Sequence record: OL631479.1
DNA from: Escherichia phage ECML-10
Strand: one strand, 5' to 3'
Length of the DNA: 64,000 bases
Position numbers and translations under genes: made by a program. Below, one piece after another: positions 19,820 through 29,328 of this stretch (the first letter of the stretch is position 1; each line of letters starts with the position of its first letter). The notes beneath the pieces were generated by a model. It was not told the DNA's origin. It saw only the letters and a list, made by a program, of their open reading frames with translations, and made no database searches.

Positions 19820-20290
19820 TTACTGTCCGATTTTAAAGGTTGCAGATTCAAGCAGCACATCGTAATGCCGCATAGCCTCGTTGAAGCCTTTCTCTTGTGC
19901 CCACTGCTCGCTAACAGTAGGATTACTAAACTGCCCAGCCTCAATAACAAACTGGATAGCTTTGGCCCCTGTGTCCCCCATCTGCTTAAGAATAGCCTCT
20001 GCACTCGATCCCCTAGCCATAGCTCTCAACAATTTTTCTGTCAAGGTCTGTAGTTGAGTACTATGAAATGCAAAAGCTGTCTCCATGAAATTGCGAACAG
20101 GCAGCCCGTTCCAACCGAAGTTGTGAATGGCTGCCAATGTTGCCATATTTAAGCCTGACGGGTGAGGTTCGTCATAAAAGCCGTAGGTTATTGTTTTACT
20201 TTCAAGTCTCACAAGCTCTTTGTAGAAGCGATCTAAACGCTTTAGGTTGAACCTTGTTTGACATTTAACCTTTAGCATTATATCCCTCAC
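19820..20290 (-). CDS. Hypothetical head-tail joining protein
   Basis: 156 aa ORF in connector region. Confidence 0.3.
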   Translation of the reverse strand: MRDIMLKVKCQTRFNLKRLDRFYKELVRLESKTITYGFYDEPHPSGLNMATLAAIHNFGWNGLPVRNFMETAFAFHSTQLQTLTEKLLRAMARGSSAEAILKQMGDTGAKAIQFVIEAGQFSNPTVSEQWAQEKGFNEAMRHYDVLLESATFKIGQ

Positions 20291-20331
20291 TAATGTATTT
20301 TACCACAAAGATGCATCAAAAGCAACAATTT

Positions 20332-21009
20332 TTAAAAACTGCGTTTGCGTCTTGGGTGGCGAGGAGGTTGGTTATTTAGACCACTGATAGGTGTAATCCC
20401 CTGGACATCGAACGGTCCGTTGCTGTTTTCATTAAATTTAACCCGAATTCCTTCGTCTACACGAACACCACCAATGATAATCATTCTGCTGTAAGCATCT
20501 AACTCAGAATCTACATAGTCTGGGTGTGCCAGCAGCCAATCAAGAAAATCCTTCCATTGGGCGTAGGAAGATCCACCACGAATCTCTATGGTCTCATCAC
20601 CTATTTTTTCCAGACGGGAAGTTATACTTGCATTACCACTGGACACTTCCTGCATCATCAGCCACCGCACAAGTTGCACAAGAACATTGTACTTAAGCAG
20701 CGGTAGCTTATCAGGATCTGCCGGATAATTTAGTTTCAACTTCTCCATGTCAAGGAATGTTTTAATTACCTCATCAGGGAGAGTTTCCTCATCAACATTG
20801 CCAAGCAATAACCTCATAATATCAATAAGAGGTTGGTCTGGATCAGGTTCCGGAGGCACAGGATCTTCTTTTGGTGGTTCTTCTGGGGTATCGACTACAC
20901 CATCATGGTTAGGCGGTGACGGGATAATCTCTTCATCTTCATACCATGCCATTTGAAAATACCTCGTAAAAATAAAGCCCCATTCCTGATTTGGAAGGGG
21001 CCTTAACAA
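20332..21009 (-). CDS. Hypothetical virion protein
   Basis: 225 aa with Pro/Glu-rich linker (PPEPDPDQP). Confidence 0.3.
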   Translation of the reverse strand: MLRPLPNQEWGFIFTRYFQMAWYEDEEIIPSPPNHDGVVDTPEEPPKEDPVPPEPDPDQPLIDIMRLLLGNVDEETLPDEVIKTFLDMEKLKLNYPADPDKLPLLKYNVLVQLVRWLMMQEVSSGNASITSRLEKIGDETIEIRGGSSYAQWKDFLDWLLAHPDYVDSELDAYSRMIIIGGVRVDEGIRVKFNENSNGPFDVQGITPISGLNNQPPRHPRRKRSF

Positions 21010-21011
21010 AA

Positions 21012-21839
21012 TTATGCCAGTGCAGCCTCAAAATCTTTCATCATATTTTGGAAAGTTTTTGCCTTACTTAAGGTAACACCGTACTCTTTAGCGAAGGTTT
21101 GGAGTGCATCTTTTGAACCACTTTTGTCATCTTCGTTGTTAAGAGCTGCGGCCTGTTTAAGGATTTCATCCTTATTCTCAACGGTTACAAATGAGGAAGA
21201 GGATACAGTCACATCTTGCGGATCTGCTACAGTAACTTCACCGTCACCACCAGGTTCAGTAGGACCTACAGGTGGCTCCGGCTCTGGTTCAGGCGGTGGA
21301 GCTATCGTAGAGACCAGTCCAAGATTTACAACCTGAGAACGTTTCTTAGGCCACTCAATGGTGAAAGTTTGGGTATCTTCTTCATAAACAATGTTGCATT
21401 GCTCATCGTTTATGGTCACTTTTTTAGGCATCCCTACAGGGTCCCATAGATGGCCCTCTGCCACGGAAACTTGGAAAGCCGCATCTACCTCTTTAAACAC
21501 TGACGGGGTGAGTGTGATATTGACATCACCGCTTTGCAGTGTTAAAGTGCTTTCATCAAGGTTCTCTGTGAAGAACAGAAGAATAACACCCATACGAATA
21601 GTTGAGATACCAGTATCAATTGGCAGGCCTGTGTGTTTTGCAATCTTCTCGAAGAAGTCTACAATCGTTCTGCACGGATAGTGAACACTGCCAATAACGA
21701 ATTCTGTTGGTGGCAGCAGGGCTGATAAACCAACATTGATTTCTGGATTGTATTGTGATAAAAATTGATAAAAACTTAACTGATTGTTGAAAACTCTTAA
21801 TAGAGGATCATACTCGACTGGATATACAGCTCTCTTCAC
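21012..21839 (-). CDS. Hypothetical virion protein
   Basis: 275 aa with Pro/Glu-rich linker (PPPEPEPEPPVGPTEPGG). Confidence 0.3.
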   Translation of the reverse strand: MKRAVYPVEYDPLLRVFNNQLSFYQFLSQYNPEINVGLSALLPPTEFVIGSVHYPCRTIVDFFEKIAKHTGLPIDTGISTIRMGVILLFFTENLDESTLTLQSGDVNITLTPSVFKEVDAAFQVSVAEGHLWDPVGMPKKVTINDEQCNIVYEEDTQTFTIEWPKKRSQVVNLGLVSTIAPPPEPEPEPPVGPTEPGGDGEVTVADPQDVTVSSSSFVTVENKDEILKQAAALNNEDDKSGSKDALQTFAKEYGVTLSKAKTFQNMMKDFEAALA

Positions 21840-21860
21840 GGGACACTCCTGTTAAACCCT

Positions 21861-21900
21861 AATAAATAAAAAGGGGAGGGGAGAACCCCCTCCCCCCCCC
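21861..21900 (-). terminator. Rho-independent terminator after major capsid gene
   Basis: Minus-strand long GC hairpin (GGGGGGGGGAGGGGGUUCUCCCCUCCCC) followed by UUUUUAUUUAUU. Confidence 0.55.
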
Positions 21901-21924
21901 ATATGGGATGAATCACCTTAGTGA

Positions 21925-22932
21925 TTATTCACTTTTCAGAGTTACTTTAACAACCAGCTCTGGACGGGTGTTAACTGCCAGCATAGAAGTTTCAGATTCA
22001 ATCTTCTCTTCACGCAGGTATGCAGAGTGTTTATACCACATGTACAGTTCCTGTGCTGGAGTGTTTGCTTCGTTAACATCGTCTGCCGGAGCAAAGTGCA
22101 GCTGGAACATCTGATCAATACCCATCGGCAGAATGCGAGCTTCTTTCTTAGGAATATTGCCAGAGATATCTTCGATAAAGGTGATACCTTTATGCTCAAA
22201 CACACGGTATACGCTGTCTTGACCGCCAGCACCCAGACGGCGACGCAGAGGTTCCTGAGCAGAGCCGTAATAGGTGTATGCCAGTTCTACCAGCGGGTGA
22301 TGAGTAACAGCACTGAAGAACTCCGGTGAGCACAGGGCTACAATGCGATAGCCAGCTGCGTTATCACCAGCTTGCAGTGCGATGTGCAGACGAGCTTCTT
22401 CCAGAACCTCCATAGGATCCTGATCTGCTTTTGCAGGGTCGATCTCAACAGACTTCTGAGACACACCCCACAGAGTGTAGTAATCATACTGGCAGGTAGC
22501 GTCACCAGGTGCATAGGATTTACCCAGAATAGCCTGGAACAGCGCTTTCTCACGCAGTGCTTCATGGGAAACACGGATACGGCGAACAACGCGGGTCACT
22601 ACGTCCTGAACAGTTTTCGGAGCATCAGGGGTGAAGTAACGACGGAAGTTCTGGACATCTGCAGCAGTGATGCCTTTATCCAGAGGGAAGAACGGGATGT
22701 TCAGGTTTTTAACCTGAGCACGTTCATTACCAACGTAGTTACGCTCACCACCACGACGGCGTGCTGGAATGTCGGTTACAACTTCATCAACACGCTCAAT
22801 CTGAGCAATTGTTGAGGTGCCGAGACGAGTTTCGAACAGATCCATACCGGTAATCAGGCGAAATTGACGCGGAACAAGGTCCAGAGTAGCACCTAAATCG
22901 ACAATGCCAAATTCATCTTTACGAGTAATCAT
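21925..22932 (-). CDS. Major capsid protein (lambda gpE-like)
   Basis: 335 aa; follows decoration gene and precedes strong terminator; resemblance to lambda E family from memory. Confidence 0.7.
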   Translation of the reverse strand: MITRKDEFGIVDLGATLDLVPRQFRLITGMDLFETRLGTSTIAQIERVDEVVTDIPARRRGGERNYVGNERAQVKNLNIPFFPLDKGITAADVQNFRRYFTPDAPKTVQDVVTRVVRRIRVSHEALREKALFQAILGKSYAPGDATCQYDYYTLWGVSQKSVEIDPAKADQDPMEVLEEARLHIALQAGDNAAGYRIVALCSPEFFSAVTHHPLVELAYTYYGSAQEPLRRRLGAGGQDSVYRVFEHKGITFIEDISGNIPKKEARILPMGIDQMFQLHFAPADDVNEANTPAQELYMWYKHSAYLREEKIESETSMLAVNTRPELVVKVTLKSE

Positions 22933-22984
22933 TTATTTCTCCAAAGTAAAACTTAAATATTTTTCCCGAACAATTTAGGGCTTA

Positions 22985-23371
22985 TTATTCACCAATAGTC
23001 TGGACGTGAACTTTGTTACCTAAAGCTTCCAACTTATCCAGAATTCTTTGGTCTGCTTTAGCTCCATCTGCACCTAACAGCATGTCTTTTGCAAAGGTGA
23101 CACCATGGACGGCAACAACCAGGTTATAGGATTGTCCTACTTCTAACGGTTTTGCAAGATGAACCGTACCAGCATCTTTGACAAGAGCACGGTCAACAAG
23201 AACGCCGTACACATCAGAACCGTCTGCGTTAGCGATGGTACCTGTTTTTGTTACAACAGTGCCAGCGTGGTGATGCTCTGTCAGTGTTACCTTAATCTCT
23301 TTAAAATTGTAGCCAGCATCGCTAGAATCAACTTTGCCGAGCACGATATCAGAATATTGAGCGGTAATCAT
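22985..23371 (-). CDS. Head decoration protein (lambda gpD-like)
   Basis: 128 aa ORF immediately upstream of major capsid gene. Confidence 0.5.
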   Translation of the reverse strand: MITAQYSDIVLGKVDSSDAGYNFKEIKVTLTEHHHAGTVVTKTGTIANADGSDVYGVLVDRALVKDAGTVHLAKPLEVGQSYNLVVAVHGVTFAKDMLLGADGAKADQRILDKLEALGNKVHVQTIGE

Positions 23372-23391
23372 TTATTTCCCCCGTTAATGTC

Positions 23392-24369
23392 TTATTTGTT
23401 AGATTCTGCACGTGCACGAGCAAGTGCTTTTGCAACGTTTTCAGCAAGAATTTCTTCTGCGGATTTTGCAATATCATCCACAACAGGTTCGCCATCATTA
23501 CCATGTTCAGTGGTGGCAAACTCTTCTTTAGTTTTATGCACCTCTGCTTCCAGCTCTTCAATTTTTGCTTGAGCTTTCTCCAGCATAGCTACGATAGGTT
23601 CGTTAGCTTTTTCCAGCATGAAGTCAACCAGGGTTGCGTGATCTTCTTCACCAACAAAGCTTAAAGCTTGAGCCTTAGTCAGCATTTTAGCTTTTTCAAC
23701 TTCAACCTGGGCCTTGATGATTTCTTCAGCTTTACTCTGGGTTGCTTTCAGCTCTTCTACTTGCTTCAGCAGATCCAGATACTCTTTAGTTTTGGTTACG
23801 TCCACCGGATTCTCCTCGGTATTTGCGGATTTTGCAACATCATCCACCTCGGTAGTTTTATCCACCTCAGCAGGTTCCTGTACCGCCTTGATCAGGTTCC
23901 CTTCTTTATCGAAGAGATCAGCGGTTACTTGTTCAAAAATCTGTTGTGTTTTTAACAGGCTGTACTGATCTACCACACTAAGCTGCTTGCCTTCTTTTGC
24001 AGCCTTATGAATGGTCACGTTATCACAACGCTCTTCCAGCCATGCAATACAAGACTCTGCGTCAGCTTGCGCCCATTCCCAATCAGGATGCTCTTTAGCC
24101 CAAGCCTCCTCTTCAATCTCAAAACCAAGCATGTGTGCAAGTGCTTTAGCATCATCATACCACATATCGAAGAAACGACGCAGGTATTCTTCAAAACTAA
24201 GCTCCACAGTAACTTGGCGAAGTGCCTTAACAATATCGTCTGTTAACTGCTCAGGCTTAAGATCACTCTTCATCAAAAGAGATACAGGTCTATTGTTAGC
24301 GCTATAGCCTTGCGCCTTGTGGCACAGGGCAATCCCCTTCTCTTTAATAGTAATCGTTTTTTCAGACAT
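23392..24369 (-). CDS. Putative scaffolding protein
   Basis: 325 aa with Glu/Lys-rich coiled-coil C-terminal half; between portal and capsid genes. Confidence 0.45.
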   Translation of the reverse strand: MSEKTITIKEKGIALCHKAQGYSANNRPVSLLMKSDLKPEQLTDDIVKALRQVTVELSFEEYLRRFFDMWYDDAKALAHMLGFEIEEEAWAKEHPDWEWAQADAESCIAWLEERCDNVTIHKAAKEGKQLSVVDQYSLLKTQQIFEQVTADLFDKEGNLIKAVQEPAEVDKTTEVDDVAKSANTEENPVDVTKTKEYLDLLKQVEELKATQSKAEEIIKAQVEVEKAKMLTKAQALSFVGEEDHATLVDFMLEKANEPIVAMLEKAQAKIEELEAEVHKTKEEFATTEHGNDGEPVVDDIAKSAEEILAENVAKALARARAESNK

Positions 24370-24800
24370 TATTCATTGCCCTCTTCTACAACACTGATCC
24401 CGAAGTTTACGTTGGTAATTTCACCAGTTTCTTCATCAACATTACCTGTTGCCTGAATGCTTAGGCCACCAACAATGCCAGCCTTCTTAGCTTCCCATAG
24501 TTCAGGATTATTGTATTTAACTTTAGCAACCCAAGAGCCAGCCTTGATGACCTGCTCAGTGCCAATCACTACAACATCAAACTCTTCTTGAATCCACGTC
24601 TTTTCAATGGTGAAAGCATCTGTAGAGGTCAAGTGGAAAAGGTTCTCAGAAACTAGGCCTGCGGCGTATGCTGCGTCCCAGTTATCTTTGGCCTTTTTGA
24701 TGGTGTCTTTACTCATCCACTCCCCGTGAGCATCTTTAGTGTCAGGTTCGTAGATGATTTCGTAGGAAATCATTTCTTCCTGTGGCATCTTATTCCCCAT
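24369..24800 (-). CDS. Hypothetical head morphogenesis protein
   Basis: ORF trimmed to internal ATG (24800 or 24788) to avoid overlap with portal. Confidence 0.3.
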   Translation of the reverse strand: MGNKMPQEEMISYEIIYEPDTKDAHGEWMSKDTIKKAKDNWDAAYAAGLVSENLFHLTSTDAFTIEKTWIQEEFDVVVIGTEQVIKAGSWVAKVKYNNPELWEAKKAGIVGGLSIQATGNVDEETGEITNVNFGISVVEEGNE

Positions 24801-24855
24801 GTGGATTATTTTATCACGCCAAAGGAGGTTTTGCAACCCCCTGTGTTGATAATTT

Positions 24856-26412
24856 TTAATTTTCCATGTTGGATATGGAATTATCTCTGGTTGATGACAT
24901 CTTAGAAGTGCCGTTGCCAGTGGATCCTGCAGCCATTCCATCACCAGCCCTACTGATGTCCTGGCCCAAGAGCTTCATCAGCTCTTCCTGATCCATGTCC
25001 TCGTCAAATCTTTCATCAAACCCGCCTACTTCAAGAATCTTATTAATTACTGCAGGAGTTTTTGGCAAGTAACCTACAGCACCGATCCTCTGGACAAACT
25101 TGGAGAAGCTCTCCATGTCCACTTCTTCAATCAGACCAGGTTTCAGTTTAGGCATATCATCATCCTCAAGGATGATACCATTCAATGCCAGAAGCTGTGG
25201 AATAAGATCTTTATTGAAGGCCTCAGTGATAATATCTATATCACGCTGAACAAAATGACCATGAATAGATTGTTTTGACTCAGACAGAGAGAAGGATCCA
25301 ACGTTATCGTTACCAAGGTTAATAAAGCCAGCACCGAAACGGTCAAGAATCGCCTTCTTACGGGCATCAATCAAATCTTTAGTGGAATACTGCTTACCCA
25401 TACCGTCAACCCCCTTCAGGGTCATGGAGTAAAGCTCTTTACCAGACTTATCTCTATCAGACGGAAGTATAAAGAAACTTTGCTCACCACTATGGGCGTT
25501 TGCTGCGTCAAGCATAAGGTCTGCAACCATTCTCCCTTCCATTGAATTCGGGTCAATGCTGGCCTTGTTCAAAATATTGGAAGGAATTTTCAGCTCAAGC
25601 ACACCACCAAGGTCTTTGGAACAGCCAACAACCTCAAGGTTTTCAATCAGAACTTTCTCACGGAAAGATCTGTAGCAACCTATCATCGGTGACACACCTG
25701 CAGGGTTAGATTCTGTTCCTGACAGGGTCATGAGCATAAGCTTTTTAGCAGGGATGAAAATTTCAGGCTCATTAAAGCCTTTTGAAGGCATTGCAGCAAG
25801 AGGTCCAGCCCAGCGTGCATTCTGAGTGTTTAGAAATGCATTAGGTGACTGATAAATACCTGTCAGTGTTCTACTATTCTTGTCAAAGACAAACGGCTCT
25901 GATCTGGACAAACTGGCCTGAGGTCGGAATGCAATTTTATCAATAAGAAGCATCCCGGCATATTTACCTTCTTTCTCTCTGCGGTATACTTTCTCAAACA
26001 GTGAAAAACCATACTCGTTAAAGGTAGCTGCGCTTCTTGCAATATCTCGAAGAGTTTGTTGGTTTGCCAAATTACGCAAAGAATACTCTATAAGCTCGGC
26101 AGCTTTCTTAGAGTCTTCACTTTTAACATTGTAAAGGATCTTAAAATCATTGAATGCTTTCGTGATGAAAACATATTTTGTATCTAAGGCAGTAGCAACT
26201 GTGGAATCACATTTCATAGTCTCCACTGTGGCAATCAGCTGAGGCCAACGCAATTCCTCAACCATCATAGATTGCGATTCTGCCATAATTTGGGAAAGTG
26301 CGCCAGAACCGATCTCACTCATACGAACATTATGAGTTGGTGCGCCTGCGTTCCCAGATTTATTCACAGTTTTGGCTGTGGCGTTGTGTTTCCTGCGGTT
26401 CTTTTTGGACAC
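24856..26412 (-). CDS. Portal protein
   Basis: 518 aa ORF immediately downstream of terminase, upstream of scaffold/capsid genes. Confidence 0.6.
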   Translation of the reverse strand: MSKKNRRKHNATAKTVNKSGNAGAPTHNVRMSEIGSGALSQIMAESQSMMVEELRWPQLIATVETMKCDSTVATALDTKYVFITKAFNDFKILYNVKSEDSKKAAELIEYSLRNLANQQTLRDIARSAATFNEYGFSLFEKVYRREKEGKYAGMLLIDKIAFRPQASLSRSEPFVFDKNSRTLTGIYQSPNAFLNTQNARWAGPLAAMPSKGFNEPEIFIPAKKLMLMTLSGTESNPAGVSPMIGCYRSFREKVLIENLEVVGCSKDLGGVLELKIPSNILNKASIDPNSMEGRMVADLMLDAANAHSGEQSFFILPSDRDKSGKELYSMTLKGVDGMGKQYSTKDLIDARKKAILDRFGAGFINLGNDNVGSFSLSESKQSIHGHFVQRDIDIITEAFNKDLIPQLLALNGIILEDDDMPKLKPGLIEEVDMESFSKFVQRIGAVGYLPKTPAVINKILEVGGFDERFDEDMDQEELMKLLGQDISRAGDGMAAGSTGNGTSKMSSTRDNSISNMEN

Positions 26413-26436
26413 AAGCTTTACCCCTCAAAACAGTAT

Positions 26437-26463
26437 AACAAAATAGCCCTCGTGTTAGAGGGC
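26437..26463 (-). terminator. Hairpin terminator between terminase and portal genes
   Basis: Minus-strand GCCCUC-UAACAC-GAGGGC stem-loop followed by UAUUUUGUU. Confidence 0.45.
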
Positions 26464-26514
26464 CAGTATCTCCGATTACTCTATTCTACCACATCTAATT
26501 AAGATTGGCAACAC

Positions 26515-27321
26515 TTAGATAAAACGCTTGAACATAGAAGGTGATGAGATTGATGGAATCACACAAGGAAGTGCTACCTCCTCTTTCTCCAGGAAATTAA
26601 TCGCAGAAGCTACACAGTCGGCCCAGTCGTCTTTCCTGTTAAATGTTGATCTTTCCCCGTTGAATTTTTCAAGTTCAGTCAGAAATGCTTCCAGAGTATC
26701 AGGATGGAAACTGGATTTTACAATCCTAACCATTCCTTGTTGGGCAAGATTGGCAAAAGGTGAGAACCTTGTCAGTTTAGATTTGTTGGAAGGCATTGGG
26801 TCTTCTTCAACCCTAAACCCTTCGGCGAGCAAGGATCTGGAGGATGTTAAGAACTCACTCTTACCTGCCTGACCAGGGTCCACAGAGAATACGATTATAC
26901 AATCATCACCATCAAACTGCGCCTGTTTCCTGATGATCACATCTCGTTCACCAGCCTTTTTACAGAACTTACCTTCCAGACCTGTGGAATACCTCCCGTC
27001 ATCAACGTTCTCAGGACAATAATCACCGGACAGGTAATAAAAGCCGTCGCTATCCTTACTTACCTTAACACTGGCTGTAAAGTCAGGAAATTTATTACCG
27101 GAAGTTCTCTCGGTTCCTGCCTTATCCCATGCCCTGCAAGATACTGATCCAAGGGGTACTCTATCGGCATCACGAAGGAAAGATCTTTGAAAATAGTTTG
27201 CACCCTCAGGCTTTGCAAACCAGTTGCCATGAAGAAGCTGGGCTTTTTCAAGCTCGGGCAGACCTTCAAGAAAAGCAAGGTATTCTGGGTTGTCTCTTAA
27301 GCAGACAGGATTATCGAATCC
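26515..27321 (-). CDS. terL: Terminase large subunit, C-terminal nuclease part (putative exon 2)
   Basis: Frame open from 27321 to 26515 (269 codons, longer than the 141-aa track ORF); RAWDKAGT and DFTAS motifs typical of terminase nuclease domain. Confidence 0.65.
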   Translation of the reverse strand, partial: GFDNPVCLRDNPEYLAFLEGLPELEKAQLLHGNWFAKPEGANYFQRSFLRDADRVPLGSVSCRAWDKAGTERTSGNKFPDFTASVKVSKDSDGFYYLSGDYCPENVDDGRYSTGLEGKFCKKAGERDVIIRKQAQFDGDDCIIVFSVDPGQAGKSEFLTSSRSLLAEGFRVEEDPMPSNKSKLTRFSPFANLAQQGMVRIVKSSFHPDTLEAFLTELEKFNGERSTFNRKDDWADCVASAINFLEKEEVALPCVIPSISSPSMFKRFI

Positions 27322-28291
27322 TTATATTCAAAGGTGGTCGCAACACCACCTTCCGCACCTTTACGTGCTGCTGCATGTTACCATGCAGAGTAGACTATAT
27401 CACCACCCATTTCAGGGTGCTTCGCTTTTCGAGCGCCATAAGCTTGCGCCCTACTCCCTCTCGGGATAGTCGTTGAACTACATTACCAATCGTAATTGTT
27501 TGAAATATAGGTGTAAGTCTTACGGTCTTTTATTCCTTTAACAACACTAAAACTTACTCCCCACTTCTTAGCTATTTTATTTACACACAAGACCTTATCA
27601 CTAAGATCCTCGCAGATACCTATTATCTTGTGCTCACTTATCCGATTAGAGGTTGGCACTTTTCTAAAGTTAAACTCTTTAGAAATATCTGGGTATACTG
27701 AGCCATTCTTTATACCACTTACAAGTGGTTGATTGACACCAAACATTTCACAAATGTCTTTTACCCTTGCGCCTTGCTCTAACAGCCTACATATTTCAAG
27801 AGCAGTGGCATCATCCAGAGACCTGTATTTATTGACATAGTCCTTTTTAAGTCCCATTTCATGAGCGTGATGTGTGTTTTCCTCAGGCGTTGTCCACTCA
27901 AGGTTCCATGCGGCGTTATTCAACTTATTACCATCTAGGTGGTTTACTTGAGTTTTTACGCTGGGATTGTCATTATCAACAAAAGTCATAGCAATCACTC
28001 TGTGAACGAGCACTTGGAACTTTTTACCGTCCTCGCACAAAGTTACCATAGCATAGCCAGTCTTTTTCTGCACATTAGGATGGAGGAATTTATTAGAATA
28101 CAGACTGTAAATTCTGCCATCGTATGTAGCACAATAATGATTGTAGCCTAAAAAGCCTAAATTTTTCATTTCAAACATCTCCCTACTACAGGTTCGGAAG
28201 GGTAATTATAGCTGCTGATTGTCCGTTTAGCAATCGGATTTCCCAGCAATTAACGAAGTTATTCGACGTGCATTTCTGCACGAAGCCACTA
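27322..28291 (-). other. Intervening sequence in terL, putative group I intron carrying an HNH ORF
   Basis: ~970 bp between the two terminase halves; same-strand HNH ORF; 3' part contains a GATATAGTCT-like element. Boundaries approximate. Confidence 0.45.
27483..28178 (-). CDS. HNH homing endonuclease
   Basis: 231 aa; HNH motif VNHLDGNKLNNAAWNLEWTTPEEN; located inside interrupted terminase gene. Confidence 0.8.
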   Translation of the reverse strand: MFEMKNLGFLGYNHYCATYDGRIYSLYSNKFLHPNVQKKTGYAMVTLCEDGKKFQVLVHRVIAMTFVDNDNPSVKTQVNHLDGNKLNNAAWNLEWTTPEENTHHAHEMGLKKDYVNKYRSLDDATALEICRLLEQGARVKDICEMFGVNQPLVSGIKNGSVYPDISKEFNFRKVPTSNRISEHKIIGICEDLSDKVLCVNKIAKKWGVSFSVVKGIKDRKTYTYISNNYDW

Positions 28292-29041
28292 TCATTTAAT
28301 GGTTGCGCCTATGAACGAGAATGACAACGGTCTTGGCTTGATCTCTACACCCAGTCCGTTAACCGTGGTGTATTTCTCTATCAACTCTTCTTTAGAGTCT
28401 CCCCATATAAATTCACCGTCGCGTCGGATAAAATATCTTTTCTTACCGCATTTCTCCGGATCTGGATACCCTTCATCGTCCAACCACCATCTAACCAGTT
28501 TGGCAAGCATGTGTTCTGAATCGGGGTTACAGCTGATAACCATTCTTGATGGATACTTTGACTGAGATCGCAGACGAGACATCAGATAGTCTATCTGCTC
28601 CCATTCGAACTGCGTGCCCTCATCGAAGCAAACCATGGTGTACTCAAGCCCCTGATGGTTAAGCTTATCTTGTACATACTCCATGTGGCAGTATTTTACA
28701 ACAGCTCCCTTTTTGCTTCTATCCCACTTGCCAGTGCTCGGATCAAACCGTGGAAAAATGAACTTATGATCCTTCTCTCTGAACTTTGGCTTAATGTTTT
28801 CAGGCAGATCACTATAAATAGCTACTGCTTTAGGCCATAGTCCACCCTCACCTTCCAACTGTGGGGTTGTTCTTCGGAACATAACCACAGAGCTGTGGGG
28901 GTCATCAATAATTTTAAGTGGCATCAACTGCAAGAGGAACGACTTGCCAGACCCTGCGGCACCGCCGATTACCAAAATATCTGCATCGTTTTCTAGGATC
29001 ATCTTCTGCTTTTCAGAACACGGTCCGTAAATCTTAGACAT
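28292..29041 (-). CDS. terL: Terminase large subunit, N-terminal ATPase part (putative exon 1)
   Basis: Walker A GGAAGSGKS, Walker B-like VCFDEG; 249 aa. Confidence 0.75.
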   Translation of the reverse strand: MSKIYGPCSEKQKMILENDADILVIGGAAGSGKSFLLQLMPLKIIDDPHSSVVMFRRTTPQLEGEGGLWPKAVAIYSDLPENIKPKFREKDHKFIFPRFDPSTGKWDRSKKGAVVKYCHMEYVQDKLNHQGLEYTMVCFDEGTQFEWEQIDYLMSRLRSQSKYPSRMVISCNPDSEHMLAKLVRWWLDDEGYPDPEKCGKKRYFIRRDGEFIWGDSKEELIEKYTTVNGLGVEIKPRPLSFSFIGATIK

Positions 29042-29328
29042 TAACCTCTCTCCTTTGGAAACAGTGTTCTAATATAGTCTTGCAAAATGATCAATTTAGC
29101 TCTATCATTGCTACAAGACAGATTATTATCCCTCATAATGCCAGAGTTCACTGCATCTGGCGCACCTTTCTTCAAAGGCATAGCTTTAGCAGGTGGTTTC
29201 ATGGCACCTTCTGGGGGTTTAACAATCAACCTTCCTACATCTGGAGGGTCAATCTTGTATTCTTTCTCAACACTGGTTGCACACCCACATAATAACAAGC
29301 ACGCAATAAACAGTGTAGCAACTCTCAT
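29041..29328 (-). CDS. Putative o-spanin (outer-membrane lipoprotein)
   Basis: 95 aa; N-terminal signal with Cys cluster (FIACLLLCGC), Pro-rich mature region; follows i-spanin-like gene with 4-nt overlap. Confidence 0.5.
   Translation of the reverse strand: MRVATLFIACLLLCGCATSVEKEYKIDPPDVGRLIVKPPEGAMKPPAKAMPLKKGAPDAVNSGIMRDNNLSCSNDRAKLIILQDYIRTLFPKERG

Noticed and set aside
19804-20004. 66-aa minus-strand ORF overlapping 19820-20290
   Set aside because: Alternative frame inside a longer co-oriented ORF; no RBS and the translation is low-complexity.
21942-22815. Internal ORFs 21942-22232 (minus), 22027-22329, 22338-22589 and 22372-22815 overlapping the major capsid gene
   Set aside because: All lie within the 335-aa capsid gene in other frames or on the other strand; no independent translation signals.
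26515-26940. 141-aa ORF as a stand-alone gene
   Set aside because: The same reading frame stays open upstream to 27321 and the upstream part carries terminase nuclease motifs; the short ORF is only the tail of the longer coding segment.
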